DNA of 32,960 bases from Oopsacas minuta (GCA_024704765.1 JAKMXF010000137.1:1-32960), one strand, 5' to 3'. Positions 20,127-32,814 are shown, counted from the stretch's first letter. Translations and numbers: made by a program. The notes: generated by a model not told the origin, from the sequence alone.

Positions 20127-20777
20127 ATGTATCCTATATATTTATTGTATGTTTGTTTATTTACATCTAAGGTGTTAATCACCACACAACACACAACAAA
20201 TGGAACACAATACGTTTGTTATGACAAGATGGATTGTAGTATAGAAGAGATAGCTGAAGATTCAAAGTATATAACTTGCATTGATAATAAATGTTTTTGT
20301 GATGACACTTGCTTTGAGCAATTTTCAGATGGTCGTTGTGGCGTTAAGAGCTGTTATTTATACTCATTCGGGACAGATAGTTGTGAGTTCAGTGGTAAAA
20401 ATTGGCGTATAACTACAATCCTAGCAAAATACACAGGTTTCTTCGGCGGTGCATATTTCTATCTAGGAAGATGGGAATTGGGGGCAATCCAATTGGCTAT
20501 TTTCGTTGCTATCGTAATAACTCTACCGATTATTATGCTAGTATACTGTTTGGTGGGATTTTTGATGCTAAAAATAGGAGTAAAGCTACATTCCTTATAT
20601 GGAATTGTTAAGAGAGTTGTCATTAGTATTGTGACTGTTTGTTGTGTGCATTGTTTATTTGTTTGTGTTTGTTTAGTTTGGTATATTGTAGTTACAGTGC
20701 TAGTCTCACAGAATCTTCTCTTAGACTCTCAAGGCTGTGGAATGGGTAATGAACCTGAATATATCCATGTCGTGTAA
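20127..20777 (+). CDS. TM2-domain membrane protein with a Cys-rich ectodomain, intronless, 216 aa
   Basis: Signal-like N-terminus, a Cys-rich segment, TM2-like KNWRITTILAKYTGFFGGAYFYLGRWELGAIQL, further hydrophobic helices, and a C-terminal LLDSQGC. Confidence 0.8.
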   Translation: MYPIYLLYVCLFTSKVLITTQHTTNGTQYVCYDKMDCSIEEIAEDSKYITCIDNKCFCDDTCFEQFSDGRCGVKSCYLYSFGTDSCEFSGKNWRITTILAKYTGFFGGAYFYLGRWELGAIQLAIFVAIVITLPIIMLVYCLVGFLMLKIGVKLHSLYGIVKRVVISIVTVCCVHCLFVCVCLVWYIVVTVLVSQNLLLDSQGCGMGNEPEYIHVV

Positions 20778-20782
20778 TTCTC

Positions 20783-20830
20783 TTATTATTATTATTGTTA
20801 TTATCATTATTATTATTGTTGTTGTTGTTC
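20783..20830. repeat. (TTA)n/(TTG)n microsatellite
   Basis: Direct reading of the sequence. Confidence 0.75.
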
Positions 20831-21349
20831 TGGTTGTGGTGTTTACATATAACATATATATTATATACTTAACTGGCTGAATTCAATCGGAAAAGGTCAG
20901 GTTGGACAGGGTTTCCATGGGACTCCAATACAGTAGAGGAATGTTATACAACCTTTGGAAATAGTTTAAAATGTATAAAGAGCAGCAGAACATTAAGCGC
21001 TCCTCATTTTTTGGGATCGCGCTCTCACTCCGCGCTCCTTCTCATTCATTCAGATTTACATTAAATTTGTATTTTAAGTAATCAGGATTGAATCTAACCA
21101 TTAATGGTACTTTCGGAAAATTACTAAATATGCAACGTCAAACCACTTCAATAAATTGTTAATTATACAAAAGTGTCCTATCATCCTCTATTTATAGCAA
21201 AAATACTGAAAATATGCATAATAACGATGAAAATTTAAATTCTTTGCATTAAATAGGACCGCGCTCCAGTATGTGCACTCCTACAAGAATCTGACGTACA
21301 ATAAGGTTGACTAGTAATTAGAAAGTCTAGGAGAGTCACTAGTAATATG

Positions 21350-21667
21350 CTAAGTTGTTTAATACGTCTTTCAATGGAGACGTATTATACGTTCAATCTC
21401 AATTTTTGATGACGTAACTTCTATCAGGCTGATTTCTGCAATAATTATTTTGCATCAAAACAGTATTTCTTGAATTATTAATGAGAAATCTCAGTACATT
21501 TGACCAAATTAAATCATGCTTGATAGTAATGTGACTTAAACAAGTCTAGCAATGTCAAAATCTGATATTTCGAGGTTAATCTAGACGTATGATACGACAA
21601 ATAGATCACGTATAAGGTATTATACGTTTAATATGATTATACGTTATACGCATATTAAACAACTTAG
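21350..21667. mobile_element. MITE family D
   Basis: TIR CTAAGTTGTTTAATA / TATTAAACAACTTAG; partial copies at 22378-22620 (inverted) and 22786-22989 (direct). Confidence 0.75.
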
Positions 21668-21697
21668 GTATTATGTCGTGGGGCGAAACACATATAT

Positions 21698-21862
21698 CAG
21701 CTATACTGTAGTACAGTTTTTGTGTATTAGCTTTTCTATCTTCGAGGAAAGGTCATTTTGTCGGATTAATGAAAGTTACCTTTTCGAATGAGGGTATGGG
21801 TTTTTTGCATTCAAAAAACTTACTATACCATAGCTCAGCTATATATAACGAATCCCTATATA
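21698..21862 (+). repeat. Interspersed repeat family E
   Basis: Direct repeat of 12254-12418, flanked by CGTGGGGCGAA direct repeats. Confidence 0.75.
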
Positions 21863-22377
21863 AATAATGCGTGGGGCGAATGGATAGTATATAATTGCAA
21901 GAATCTAATATTTTAACGAGCTAGCTAGCGAGTGAAACAAATTTTTCTGATGCCCATGGGAAAACATGCTCCATACAGGGATCACTATATCTGAAATCGA
22001 AATATTCGTGATGTCTTAACTAACAATAAGTAGCTTACTAAATTTAAATGATCATTAGAGGCGCCTGATCAGTGCCGTCCGCAAGCTACGGAGCGGAAGC
22101 AAGTCAAATGCGCTTGCATTAACAATTCCTAAATCTGCTATTAATTCTAACTTATGAATTCAATCTATCAATAATGATTCAATTCTGATAGAAATTGCTT
22201 CATGAATCTCGGGATCGAATACAGGCATTGAAATATGATTCAATACGTACGAGTGTATATTATAGTAATTGGGAAATAATATTAAGATGAAAAGAAAATA
22301 ACAGAATATGAGAGTGGCTGCTTGAATAAGTTTAAACCCAAGTTGTATAATAATACATACTAAATGTATAATATGCT

Positions 22378-22620
22378 ATACGTCTAGATTAACCTCGAAA
22401 TATGAGATTTTGACATTGTTAGACTTGTATAAGCCACATTATTATCAAGTATGATATAATTTGGCTAACTATGGTGAGATTTCTCATTAACAATTCGAGA
22501 AATACTGTTTTGATGCAAAAATAATTATTGTAGAAATTAGCCGAATAGAAATTACGTCACCAAAAATAGAGATTGAACATATAACAAGTCTTGACTAAAA
22601 GACATATTAAACAACTTAGG
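22378..22620 (-). mobile_element. MITE family D, partial inverted copy
   Basis: Reverse complement of about 21350-21590; ends ACAACTTAGG|TTAA. Confidence 0.7.
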
Positions 22621-22785
22621 TTAAAACTGCATTAATGCTGTCAATACATAGCAAAGTTGTATGTAATTTGGGAGCTACAAATAAATTGTTTATTCTTCCT
22701 ATAAGCTAATAATATACTAACAGTATATTAATAGTATAAATAAACAAGCTATATATTAATCCAAGGTGTTAATACTTCTTTTAAA

Positions 22786-22989
22786 GAAGACGTATTATAC
22801 ATTCAATCTACAATTTTTGGTGACGTAATTTCTATTCGGCTGATTTCTGCAATAAATATTTTGCAACAAAACAGTATTTCTTGAATTGGTAATTAGAAAT
22901 CTCAGCATAGTTAACCAAATTATATAATACTTGATAATCGAGTGATTAATACAAATCAAACAGTGTCAAATCTCATATTTCGCGGTTAA
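22786..22989 (+). mobile_element. MITE family D, internal fragment
   Basis: Aligns to about 21378-21580. Confidence 0.7.
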
Positions 22990-23180
22990 AATAAGATCAG
23001 GATAACTTGTTATACAATTAAGCCTTAATCAATACTATTATTGTGAAGTTGTTTAATCACGAGTTCAGAACTGAAACAAATCATTCAGTAATACAATACT
23101 CAATAGCCATTATCTATATTTACTATAAATAACCAAACAATTCTCACTAATACACTACTCAACATATTTTCTCTAAAACA

Positions 23181-26100
23181 ATGAAGTGTATTATACTACT
23201 AGCATTACTCGTAAGTTTCTGTGCAGCTTATGATCTGGAGGAATATACCTGGATTGGGTTTAAGAAGATACACAACAAGACCTATGTAGGAGATGAGGAT
23301 CGGATGAGACAGATAATATTTGAGGATAACCTACAGTATATCGAGGATCATAACAATGAAGGACATTCTTATACTCTGGGGATCAACCAATTTGCTGATA
23401 TGGTGTGTTTCATAGATAATTAGTAGAACCTTGAGTTATCGTGTTTGCGAACGTTACGCGTATTTCTCCGTGCTGACAAATGTATTTACAGTAGATGTAC
23501 GTACTCTGACTTTTCTCCAAAACTGATGTTTTATTCTTGTACTTATAGCATAGGAAAATATTCGGATAAGACGTTCTTCGGTTAGTACGTATGAATTTTA
23601 GTTTTCCGAAAGGATAGCTCTTATGCGAGCTCTACTGTGCTCAGTTTCTTTAAGATAATAATATCGCTCTCTAATCGAATTCGTCCTATCTCAAATTCTA
23701 TTGACATTATCACTTAAGATGCCGGATCAAAGTTGCACGCGGACCAGCCCGCAAGCCCGCAGCCCGATTTTCGATAACGGCCTGTGAGTTGATGCGGGCA
23801 AAGCCAAAACTTCGGCGGGCCTTGTGGGCCTGGCACAAGACACCATGATTACGACCGATCTGAACTGTTTTTTATTGTCACGACTATGAGTACCAATTAG
23901 GGAATACATAAGTAAATGAAATTTGGTAAAGCAAGTTATAATATTTAAGCGTTTACATACATAGTTTCTTTCGAAGATTTGTGCGGGCTTTTTGGGGCCG
24001 GATAATTCAGTTGCTGGCCGCGGGCTGAGGCTACGAAAATTGCGGGTCGCGTGCAACTCTGTGCCGGATGTACAGATAAGCCATGCAAATATATTAATTG
24101 TTTCTTATCCGGAAAGTATATATCGATTCCAAATACACAACGAACATCCAGGAGGTAGTTAGAAAGCAAAACGGATGATACATACTGCCAACTGACCCAA
24201 TATTGGTCATGCATTTTGTGTCTTATCCGGTAAACTGTAGTAAGAGTTGAATTGTCCCGCTTTTGAGTAGAATAGACTAATACGAACATGCTATGTCCAG
24301 CTTTCTCTTGATCTTGGTGAGATATATTTGTACACCTTCGTTTAACTCATAACATTCCATAGACTAACCTTGAGTACAGACAAATGATGCTAGGCTATGA
24401 CAATGAAGCTCGTATAAGCAGACCTGAGTCTACTGACACATACCATGTGTGTAGTATGGATACTAAGGATTTACCAGCTAGTGTAGACTGGAGGACAAAA
24501 GGTGTTGTCACTCCTGTAAAGAATCAGGTATGTTGATATTCTGTAGTACATAAATAGAATTTAATATATACTAATCTACTACAAAGAATTCGTCGCTGTT
24601 AATTACGTCATTTAAATAATTTTTGATTACGAAATTATGAAAAATTTCAAATCATCGTTTGTACCGACTTAAATATTACGAAAATTACATTTGTGGATTA
24701 TTGAAATTATATTATTCTACTAAATATCAATTTTAGTAAAGAAAGATAAAATTGAATTTTACTAATCTTGTTAGACATTTAAAATGTCAAAATCCAATTC
24801 TACTTCCCTGTTTGCCCCTATTATCAAGTGGAAGCTAATCTCAAGGATAATTTGAAATGTTCACCCAAAGATGCGAAAATGATTAATCATATGATAAATC
24901 AGTGTATTTATATTTAATAGAATGTATTAACCAATAGAATTATAGTCTCCATCAATACAAATACATTACAGAGCTAATTAAATTACAAACACTCCACCAA
25001 AACTAATTTTATTCATTTATGACTAATTGTAAAACTTTACAATCTGATTGGGTTAAATACAGAAGTGTCAAAAGGTGTGAAAATATACACATTAGAATTT
25101 TTTCAAATGTCAGGTGTACAACTAGATGTCACTACGAGTATACATGAGATTAGAGGATTAATCAAATGCATTGAAACAATACTATATTCTAGAGTACATC
25201 TTGAACGATGAAAAGTTATCCAACATGTGTAATATACTATATTGTGTAAACCGGTTATAAGAACACCGTTGAGGACTGGACATAATCTGACATGTTCTCA
25301 TTACCGGTATGTAGTATATAGTGGGTGTCGGTTATGAGAACACTTCACTTAAACACATTTGGATGTAAAAACCATATTAGAGAAACGGTTTTAATATTTA
25401 CTGTATTATTAATGCTGATTATACAAACATACCAGTAATAAAAACCAATTAACTACTATTCTAAGAATGTTCTTATAACCGGTATAATTATATTGAAGTG
25501 CATGGCAACCGTTTTCCAGTATAATATTCTTAAACCCGCCGTCTTGCGTATTTGTCCGCTGTAGAATATAAATTATAATTCCGTACAAAGTCACGGAATT
25601 ATAACTTATATCATTTCGTTATACTCGTGAATTATTTTCAAGCTATAGGTAGTAATAATCACTTCGTTATAGCTGGAGTTTTGTTATATCCGGTTTGGAG
25701 TTTACTGTATTGTTCCAGTTAATACTGTATGTGATAGTAACTTAACCTATTGGTATAAATATAGGGACAATGCGGATCATGTTGGTCATTCAGTGCTACA
25801 GGAAGTCTAGAGGGTCAATATGCAATGAAGAATAACAAGCGCTTATCTTTCTCAGAACAACAACTAGTAGACTGTTCTACTGCAGAGGGGAACCATGGAT
25901 GTCAAGGTGGACTCATGGATTTTGCCTTTGAATATTGGAAAAAATATCTTGAAGAGCAAGAATTAGATTATCCCTATAAGGCTATGGTGAGTAATGTAGA
26001 ACTGTAGTTGTATGTGTTGACGGAAAGATGATCGCGGAAAATGGTCGTGGAAATTTCGTCGCGAGGAAAATTGTCCGGGAAATTTATGAGAGTATTTAGA

Positions 26101-26983
26101 ACTCAGGTTGTAAGGTGCTAGATATGGCATTTCATGTATTATCTAGCTAGATTTGCTTGAGCTGAGAAGATGAGCATTTCAGTAGACTATTAGGATAACT
26201 GGTGTGGTGGATTATCGTTGGATTTGGAGCAGGCTGTGAGTCGCTGAGAGTATTTAGACTCAAAACTACAAAAGTAAATATTTCCTCGCGACGAAATATC
26301 CCCCGACCATTTTTCGGCGACCATCTTCCACCATTCAGTTATGTGTTCTGTGGATACTTTGGGATCAGAATGGCCAGATGGATCCAAATCAATTTCAAAT
26401 CCAATCCAAATCCATAAAATTCGTGGTTTAATTCCTTGGTCATTAGAGAACCCAAATGAACCCGAAATCCACAACATCCACCATTTGTCATCTCTGTATT
26501 GGATGCAGGGGATGTTTTAGGAAACTTGATAATTTGAGTTTTCTCATCAAATGTGCTTTCATATGTAGATTGAAGCTATAGTGCCTATCTTAAAGTTATA
26601 AATCTGATTTTTAGAATATGAACTGCAAATACAATGCAAGCAAAGGTATAACTAAGGACCAGAGCTACAAGGACATAAAGTCAAAAGACATTGCATCCCT
26701 TAAAGATGCTATAGCTAATGTAGGACCAATATCTGTAGCGATGGATGCATCACACACATCATTTCAACTTTACAAAAGTGGAATATATGATCCATTCTTT
26801 TGTAGCGAAACTAGGCTAGATCATGGAGTACTTGCAGTTGGATATGGTACCGAAGATGGTAAAGATTATTGGCTAGTAAAGAACTCATGGACCGAATCTT
26901 GGGGAGATAAAGGATATTTTAAGATAGAGGTTAAGGGAAATAAGTGTGGGATCTGTACAAGTGCCAGTTACCCTGTTCTGTAA
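23181..26983 (+). CDS. CTSL: Cathepsin L-like cysteine protease, 4 exons, 325 aa
   Basis: Exons 23181-23402, 24363-24527, 25765-25986 and 26615-26983, all phase 0. Signal peptide, ERFNIN-type and GINQFADM prodomain motifs, [19 protein letters not shown] (catalytic Cys 25780-82), [15 protein letters not shown]. Confidence 0.97.
23728..24061. mobile_element. Non-autonomous hAT element, 334 bp, in cathepsin intron 1
   Basis: TIR CAAAGTTGCACGCG / CGCGTGCAACTCTG; perfect 8-bp TSD TGCCGGAT (23720-27, 24062-69); GCCCGC-rich subtermini. Confidence 0.9.
24693..25097 (+). repeat. Interspersed repeat family B, in cathepsin intron 2
   Basis: Matches 9901-10218 (direct) and 3639-4003 (inverted). Confidence 0.8.
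25244..25509 (+). mobile_element. Tigger-like MITE family A, in cathepsin intron 2
   Basis: Near-identical reverse complement of 5126-5392. Confidence 0.8.
26018..26337. mobile_element. MITE family C, in cathepsin intron 3
   Basis: About 55-bp imperfect TIRs (TGACGGAAAGATGATCGCG...GTCGCGAGGAAA / TTTCCTCGCGAC...CATCTTCCACCATTCA); inverted copy at 32448-32718. Confidence 0.8.
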
Positions 26984-29330
26984 GTAGGAAATATGAAGTG
27001 TGTTAGTTATTACTTTTAGTTGTGTGAGTATTTTATCTTGTTATTTACTATTTTACTTCTTTTATTATCTCGTATGATTGAACTTTGATCCTAATTTCAT
27101 AGTTTACGAGCGTGCTTCGGTTGCTCGCGCTACGCGGTTGCAAAAACAACATTCGGATTCAGCGTACTTAGTTACCTTTGTGTAGCTGTCTAGAGCAAGC
27201 CTGTACGTATATTTGGAGATTTGGCTAATTTCAAGGTTGAAACCGATCGAACCTAATATCAGTATTCATGAATAGCTGCTTGACCGGATACTGATAATAT
27301 TTGGTTGCAACCTTGGCTAATTTGTTTACTTTATATTCATAAAAACAACAATAAATTTATGATTAATCCAGGGATGTGACCCTATAGTAATATTCCATTC
27401 TACACCCATTGATATCTTACAAGCAAGTTTCGCTCCCCGGCTCGCAGTCTATTTACTAACAAGCATAGTTACATATTGAATTATTTGGCATTTTAATTAT
27501 TTTTCCAAATAGGGACTATTGAGCATATTTTGCATTATAATTAAATTGTGTTAGAGCCTAAAATCTGATAGGTCAAGATTATCATAATTGGTAAACCATC
27601 TTATTTGATTGGTCAATACATTTTGACACTTTCTCCTAGAGTTTTTGAGATATCGCTTAAATCTTAAAAGGTCTTCCTAGGTTTATTACATTCCACACTC
27701 ATGCAAAATTTTCAAGTCTCTAGCTCTTATCAGTTCTTCAATCAATTCCGTGCAAAACAATACATTGAGTTTAACATATAATCTATCTATATGTGCGCGT
27801 TTTCTCAGAGATACCTGGGCCGATTCGAACCAAATTTTGTGTGTCGACTAAGTAGTACTCAGCCTTTCCAAATAAGAAATATTTTTGAATGGAACCATTT
27901 ATGGACAAGATATGTGAATTTTTCACACCTCGCCCATATATATCAATGCATTATCGGAGGAATCTGATTGGTCAACGTTGGCTAATCAGATTCCTTCCTT
28001 CGTATGATATGCGTAGCGTTCGCAAACTCCAAAAGACAATCGTGAGGGCCGAAGGCCCGAAAAAGCATTCCGCAGGAACTAGCAGAAAAAGCCGCCAAGA
28101 GGGCAGGTTTCGGCTAGTAACATCTAATAAGATGATTGCCCAGAAAATAAGAATATTACTTAAATAAAACTTGTTTTGAGTACGCATTAAGAGTCTAATA
28201 ATGTGATCTGATACATGGCTGACACTCGTGGTCACACATCGTGTTACTGGAGTAATAATTTCTAAACTTAGCTAAGAATATCTAAGCGTAAAAGTCATAA
28301 GATTAGAGATGGTTGAATAATTCCCACTCGTGATAGAACATTCTAGAATCTGCATAACATACACTCAAGACATATTCTATTACACAGCCCAGCACGAGGC
28401 TACGGCTGCATATTCCTCTTGAATTAGGAATGTAATCCTACATTAGAGTTGACTTATTCATTGAAGACTGTTATGAATAATGAATTACGAAATTTCAAAT
28501 GAATTCAAACCACGTAAATACACATGACAAATATTTAATGTATCTGATTATGGCAAAACTCATTAACAGTAACTAGCTTGCAAAGATATTAGATAACATT
28601 ACATAGAAACCTCAGAATCACCTTTACAATAGGAAGCGATATGAAAGACAGTAATTAAGGGTTAAATAATAATAAGTTTCATGTAAAATTATCAAATAAC
28701 TGTTTCTAACAAATAATTTCAATGGATTATTGAAGCATAGCATTCTATATACTAAGGCAATGGCACTCTATCGAAATTTTGGACCATGGATTGTCATTAC
28801 CATCGGACTACTTTACATCATAACTTTTGTATTTCTTAATATATCAAAGTGATTTTAACATTTATGTGTATCCAACAACTGCTTACTCCTTAGAACATAT
28901 TTTGGTATAATTTTGCCTGATTTATAAAACTTCAGTTTTGCACATGTTTGAGTATCCAATTCAGTCGTATTGTTCGCGCGAATTAATCGCCTATAGTGCT
29001 CTAAGAATATGTATAATTCATTATGAGGATAGAGATCTTATGTAGCAACATGCAAACTATGTATTAGCGTCAATATTTGTGATTACTTTTGAAATTTTGT
29101 GTCTTAAACGTCTTAATATGAAAAATATTTTACCCACCCATAAATTTTGTATTCAATGTTGATAATATATGATAATTATTGTAAATATTTTCGTTTCTTC
29201 CAATTACTGCAATATTTGTACCGCATCATCACATATTCAACATGACATGCCTAGTACCTGGTTGTAAGTCGAATTATCACAGTCAAGGTGATTCATATGT
29301 GCCTACTTTTTCCTTTCCTACTGATGTTGN

Positions 29331-29465
29331 TGAAGTTTTATTGAATTCTATTTACTTCCTTGATAAACACGATAAATACATAGTTATGCGACAATTTCAA
29401 AATTGCATACCGTAAATCCTTTCCTTGACAACGGACAAACAAACAAACAATCATTGAGATTTAAT
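29331..29465 (+). repeat. Interspersed repeat family F, starting at an N
   Basis: Matches 13225-13350. Confidence 0.75.
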
Positions 29466-29704
29466 AATATAGATTAGCTATTTAATATCCCTGTATAGAG
29501 CTCTCATTTCCCTTTTGCATTGGCCAAAACCGTGTACGCCCACAAATCTTTCACGCTTACTGCGTATAATAATATTCGTAGTAAACACAAATAAACAATA
29601 ATATGTAGTATACTTTATTTCTAATTTGAATCTTGCAGGTATACCGAGAGATTGTATGAGTAATGAAATCCTACTTGTGGAAATACGTAATATAAATATC
29701 GAAT

Positions 29705-30943
29705 TTAACAGATATCATCGTCATTAGTTCTGTATCCAAACAGAAGAAAATCAGCTTTGTATATCTCATATAGTTTCTTTCGCATTTCTAAGGGAATTGC
29801 ATTGAATGCGGTATTACAAATATTAATCTTAGTATTTGTAACAAAAGAGTCAAATTTGATCATATGGTTTAGATCGTTGTTACTTGTTAGATAATCCATA
29901 ACCAGATTAGATTCTTCGGTAGCATTCTCATGTTCGATGAGTATATCATATGAAAAAGCACATGGAGAGCAGAGGCGAGAGATTGGCTTCCAATGATCGT
30001 CTAATAAATCTGTAGAACCTGTCTCTTCCCAAATCACAATGATATATTGCAAGAATTCCATAAAAGTAATTTTCTTCAAATAGGGATCTCTTAACCTCCT
30101 GTACTGGAAGATAGTATCATTTTTAGCACTCTCATCTAAATAAGAATATGTCGAATTCATCTGTTCAATAAAATCTGATTCGCTTTCTGGCAAGCCACTT
30201 AAATATAACTTTTTAATGTAAACTTTATTCATCCCGTCTACATACATCACATGATGATCAAACTTATCATTAAAACCAGAAAGAAGCCGTCTAAACGGGT
30301 GTCGTGTAACAAGAAATTTTGTATATGTGTGTAACCGCTGAGCAGTTAGTAAGTAAGGTGTTAAATGAGTTCCTAATGAGAAAGAATATCTTTCTTCTGG
30401 ATTAGCTTCAGGAATTATAGTCCTACTAGCATTTTGCATATTTACAAACTTGTGTACCCAACCTCGAGAGGAGGCCTTGGGTACAACACAATGAAGAGCT
30501 TCATATGAATCATTGAAATAGATTCTAGCTAAGGACTTTATATCCATAAGTTGAATTCCTGAAATGTTAAGCTTATCACAATTTGTATTCAATACGTCTA
30601 GTCTACTTTTAAACAGCTGATATTTCTCGGTTAGAGGGTGATAACCTTTTGACAGCATCTTCTGTCGGTATCCATCTAAGAATGTTATTAAGCCATTCTC
30701 TTCATCGATTTTAATCAACATCAATTGATTCAAATTCTTACGATATACTAACCATGGAGTTTTAACTTGAGAGGGAAGAGTTATCTCGCTTACAGATGCA
30801 TCACCAGTATCTAGGTGCTTTAATAAGTTAATATCACTGATATCACTTTGCTTCAATTCAAAAGAGATGTGGATTACCAATAATCCAAAAGTAAAAGTTA
30901 ACAACATAATACTTAACAGAAAATTCTTTCTTGAAGATAACAT
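29705..30943 (-). CDS. Carbohydrate sulfotransferase, Sulfotransfer_2 (CHST8-14 type), type II Golgi membrane protein, intronless
   Basis: The likely start is MLSSRK at 30943, followed by a TM anchor. 5'-PSB CVVPKASSRGW, 3'-PB KFLVTRHPFRRLLSGFNDKF, DDHWKP...CSPC, LYEIYKADFLLFGY. Confidence 0.93.
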   Translation of the reverse strand: MLSSRKNFLLSIMLLTFTFGLLVIHISFELKQSDISDINLLKHLDTGDASVSEITLPSQVKTPWLVYRKNLNQLMLIKIDEENGLITFLDGYRQKMLSKGYHPLTEKYQLFKSRLDVLNTNCDKLNISGIQLMDIKSLARIYFNDSYEALHCVVPKASSRGWVHKFVNMQNASRTIIPEANPEERYSFSLGTHLTPYLLTAQRLHTYTKFLVTRHPFRRLLSGFNDKFDHHVMYVDGMNKVYIKKLYLSGLPESESDFIEQMNSTYSYLDESAKNDTIFQYRRLRDPYLKKITFMEFLQYIIVIWEETGSTDLLDDHWKPISRLCSPCAFSYDILIEHENATEESNLVMDYLTSNNDLNHMIKFDSFVTNTKINICNTAFNAIPLEMRKKLYEIYKADFLLFGYRTNDDDIC

Positions 30944-31034
30944 CGGTTGGAAGTAAAATCTAAAAATGAAAAATGAAGAAAATAATGTGTTTATTATAGT
31001 AAACAATCGACTGATCTTTCGGTTTCGGTATCAG

Positions 31035-31343
31035 CAGTACCGGATTTAGGGGTGTTCGGAGTATGCGGCCGAACAGGGCCCCACAGCTCAACGTCATGAA
31101 TTTATACACACTGTAATTCTACTTTAATCACAATAAATCTTATACTAGAAAACAAGTCCTGCCATCTGCCACTGGGCGAAATAGGCCTTCGGCTAGGGTG
31201 GTACTACTTATGGAGTTGAATTTTACATATGCAAAATTTGAATACACACAAGCATTCTAAATTGAGGAATGGGGACAGGTGGGCGAATCGTGACGGCTTT
31301 GAATTGGCTTCAGGGGCCCCCCAGATACCTAAATCAGGCACTG
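31035..31343. mobile_element. Non-autonomous hAT element, 309 bp
   Basis: TIR CAGTACCGGATTTAGG / CCTAAATCAGGCACTG; perfect 8-bp TSD GGTATCAG (31027-34, 31344-51). Confidence 0.9.
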
Positions 31344-32447
31344 GGTATCAGTGATAACCAAAATCGTGCAGAAATATTGTGATACAGTAGACTCCGCTGA
31401 ATTTCAGGGATGTGACGTTCAGGGATGTCCTGCTCTAATTATAAGTAAGGGAGCGGTATTTCAAATTTCAAATTCAATTGAATATTTCCGAATTTCTAAT
31501 ACAAAATTCAAACAATATACCAGTAATTGAATTAATAATATAAATATGAATAATATCAAAGGTTTAGTAGTAAATCTGAAAATAGAATTCTAACAAGTGA
31601 TTGAATACACAAAATTACTTAACTAATAAAACTTACAAATTTCTTCTTGTTTATAGGCTCAGAATATTATAATATATCATTTTACATATCCACATTACAT
31701 AACACGTTGCTTATAATATAATTATTACTTAATTAAAGGAATCATTTGAAATTGATATTTTGTTTACGATTAACGCTAGATTCGGATAGAATAATACATA
31801 GTTAAGGTAGAACTTCCTAATGTTCTTCAAAACAAATACAATATATTCACGGCGCTATAAAGTAAACATTGCTCTCTCAACTCGACTTAATTATATTTGG
31901 AACAAATTTCAATGTATTTCAAATATTGATTGTATGCTACTGTAGATATCAGGTATACATATTCAGTAACTTGTGAAGTAATTGTGACTTGCCAATTTGA
32001 TTTGTTAAAAAAAGTATGGAAGCGGCGCTCCTACCCGCTCCCACAGCAGGACACCACTGGTGACGTTGTCGTGACGTAACCTCTCAATTTCATCACTCAA
32101 AGTGTATAACTCTGAGCTTCATGTATTCTGTGCTATCCCTAATACGTATGTTACTATCGCAGGATCTAATACGTGAAATATTATGAGCTGGTGTAAACGC
32201 GTGAGGGTAGCCTGATGGCTAATATACCCAATACAGTAAAGAATTTGGGTTAACGAGCTACCTATGGCTTATTATAGCTAGTATGAGGAATTTGTTAGCG
32301 ATACCTATCTCGCTGGATTGGTTTGCCACAGCGTCGCTGAACACGGTGTCCCTAAACTTCAATCGTGTTGAGAAAAATAGGCCCAGTGAATATCGGGTAT
32401 CAAAACATGTTTTTTCGTTAGAGGAATGAATGTGAAGATTCTCAAAT

Positions 32448-32718
32448 TGAATGGCGGAAATTTGGTCGCGAGGAAATATAGTCATTTACTTTTGTTGTTA
32501 AGAATCTAAATAATCCCAGTAACTCACAGTCTGCTCCAAATCCAACGATAATCCATCAAACACCACATCAGTTAGCCAAATAGTCTACTGAAATGCTCAT
32601 CTTCTCAGCTCAAGCAAATCTAGCTAGATAATACATGAAAATGCCAATTCTAGCCCCTTACAACCTGAGTTCTAAATACTCTCATAAATTTCCCGCGACG
32701 ATCTTCTTCCAACGCTCA
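32448..32718. mobile_element. MITE family C, inverted copy
   Basis: The interior is the reverse complement of about 26085-26280. Termini TGAATGGCGGAA / TTCCAACGCTCA. Confidence 0.8.
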
Positions 32719-32814
32719 AAATATTTATCTATCAGAAAATCGAAAGAATTTCATATTTTCATAATAGTAATGCATTACTGTTTTCATACTCAATGGATAA
32801 TAATAAAATGATTA

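Noticed and set aside
23727-24289. ORFs of 109 and 114 aa in cathepsin intron 1, and similar short ORFs at 5333, 11091, 14693, 25409, 26190 and 32258
   Set aside because: They fall within or overlap MITEs or their flanks and show no protein-family features.
23181-26983. Silicatein
   Set aside because: The catalytic Cys is retained (CGSCW) and there is no Ser-rich cluster before the catalytic His.
27889-28235. Overlapping antisense ORF pair (92 and 87 aa)
   Set aside because: No recognisable domain, and the region has repeat-like motifs (GAGGGCCGAAGGCCC); probably non-coding.
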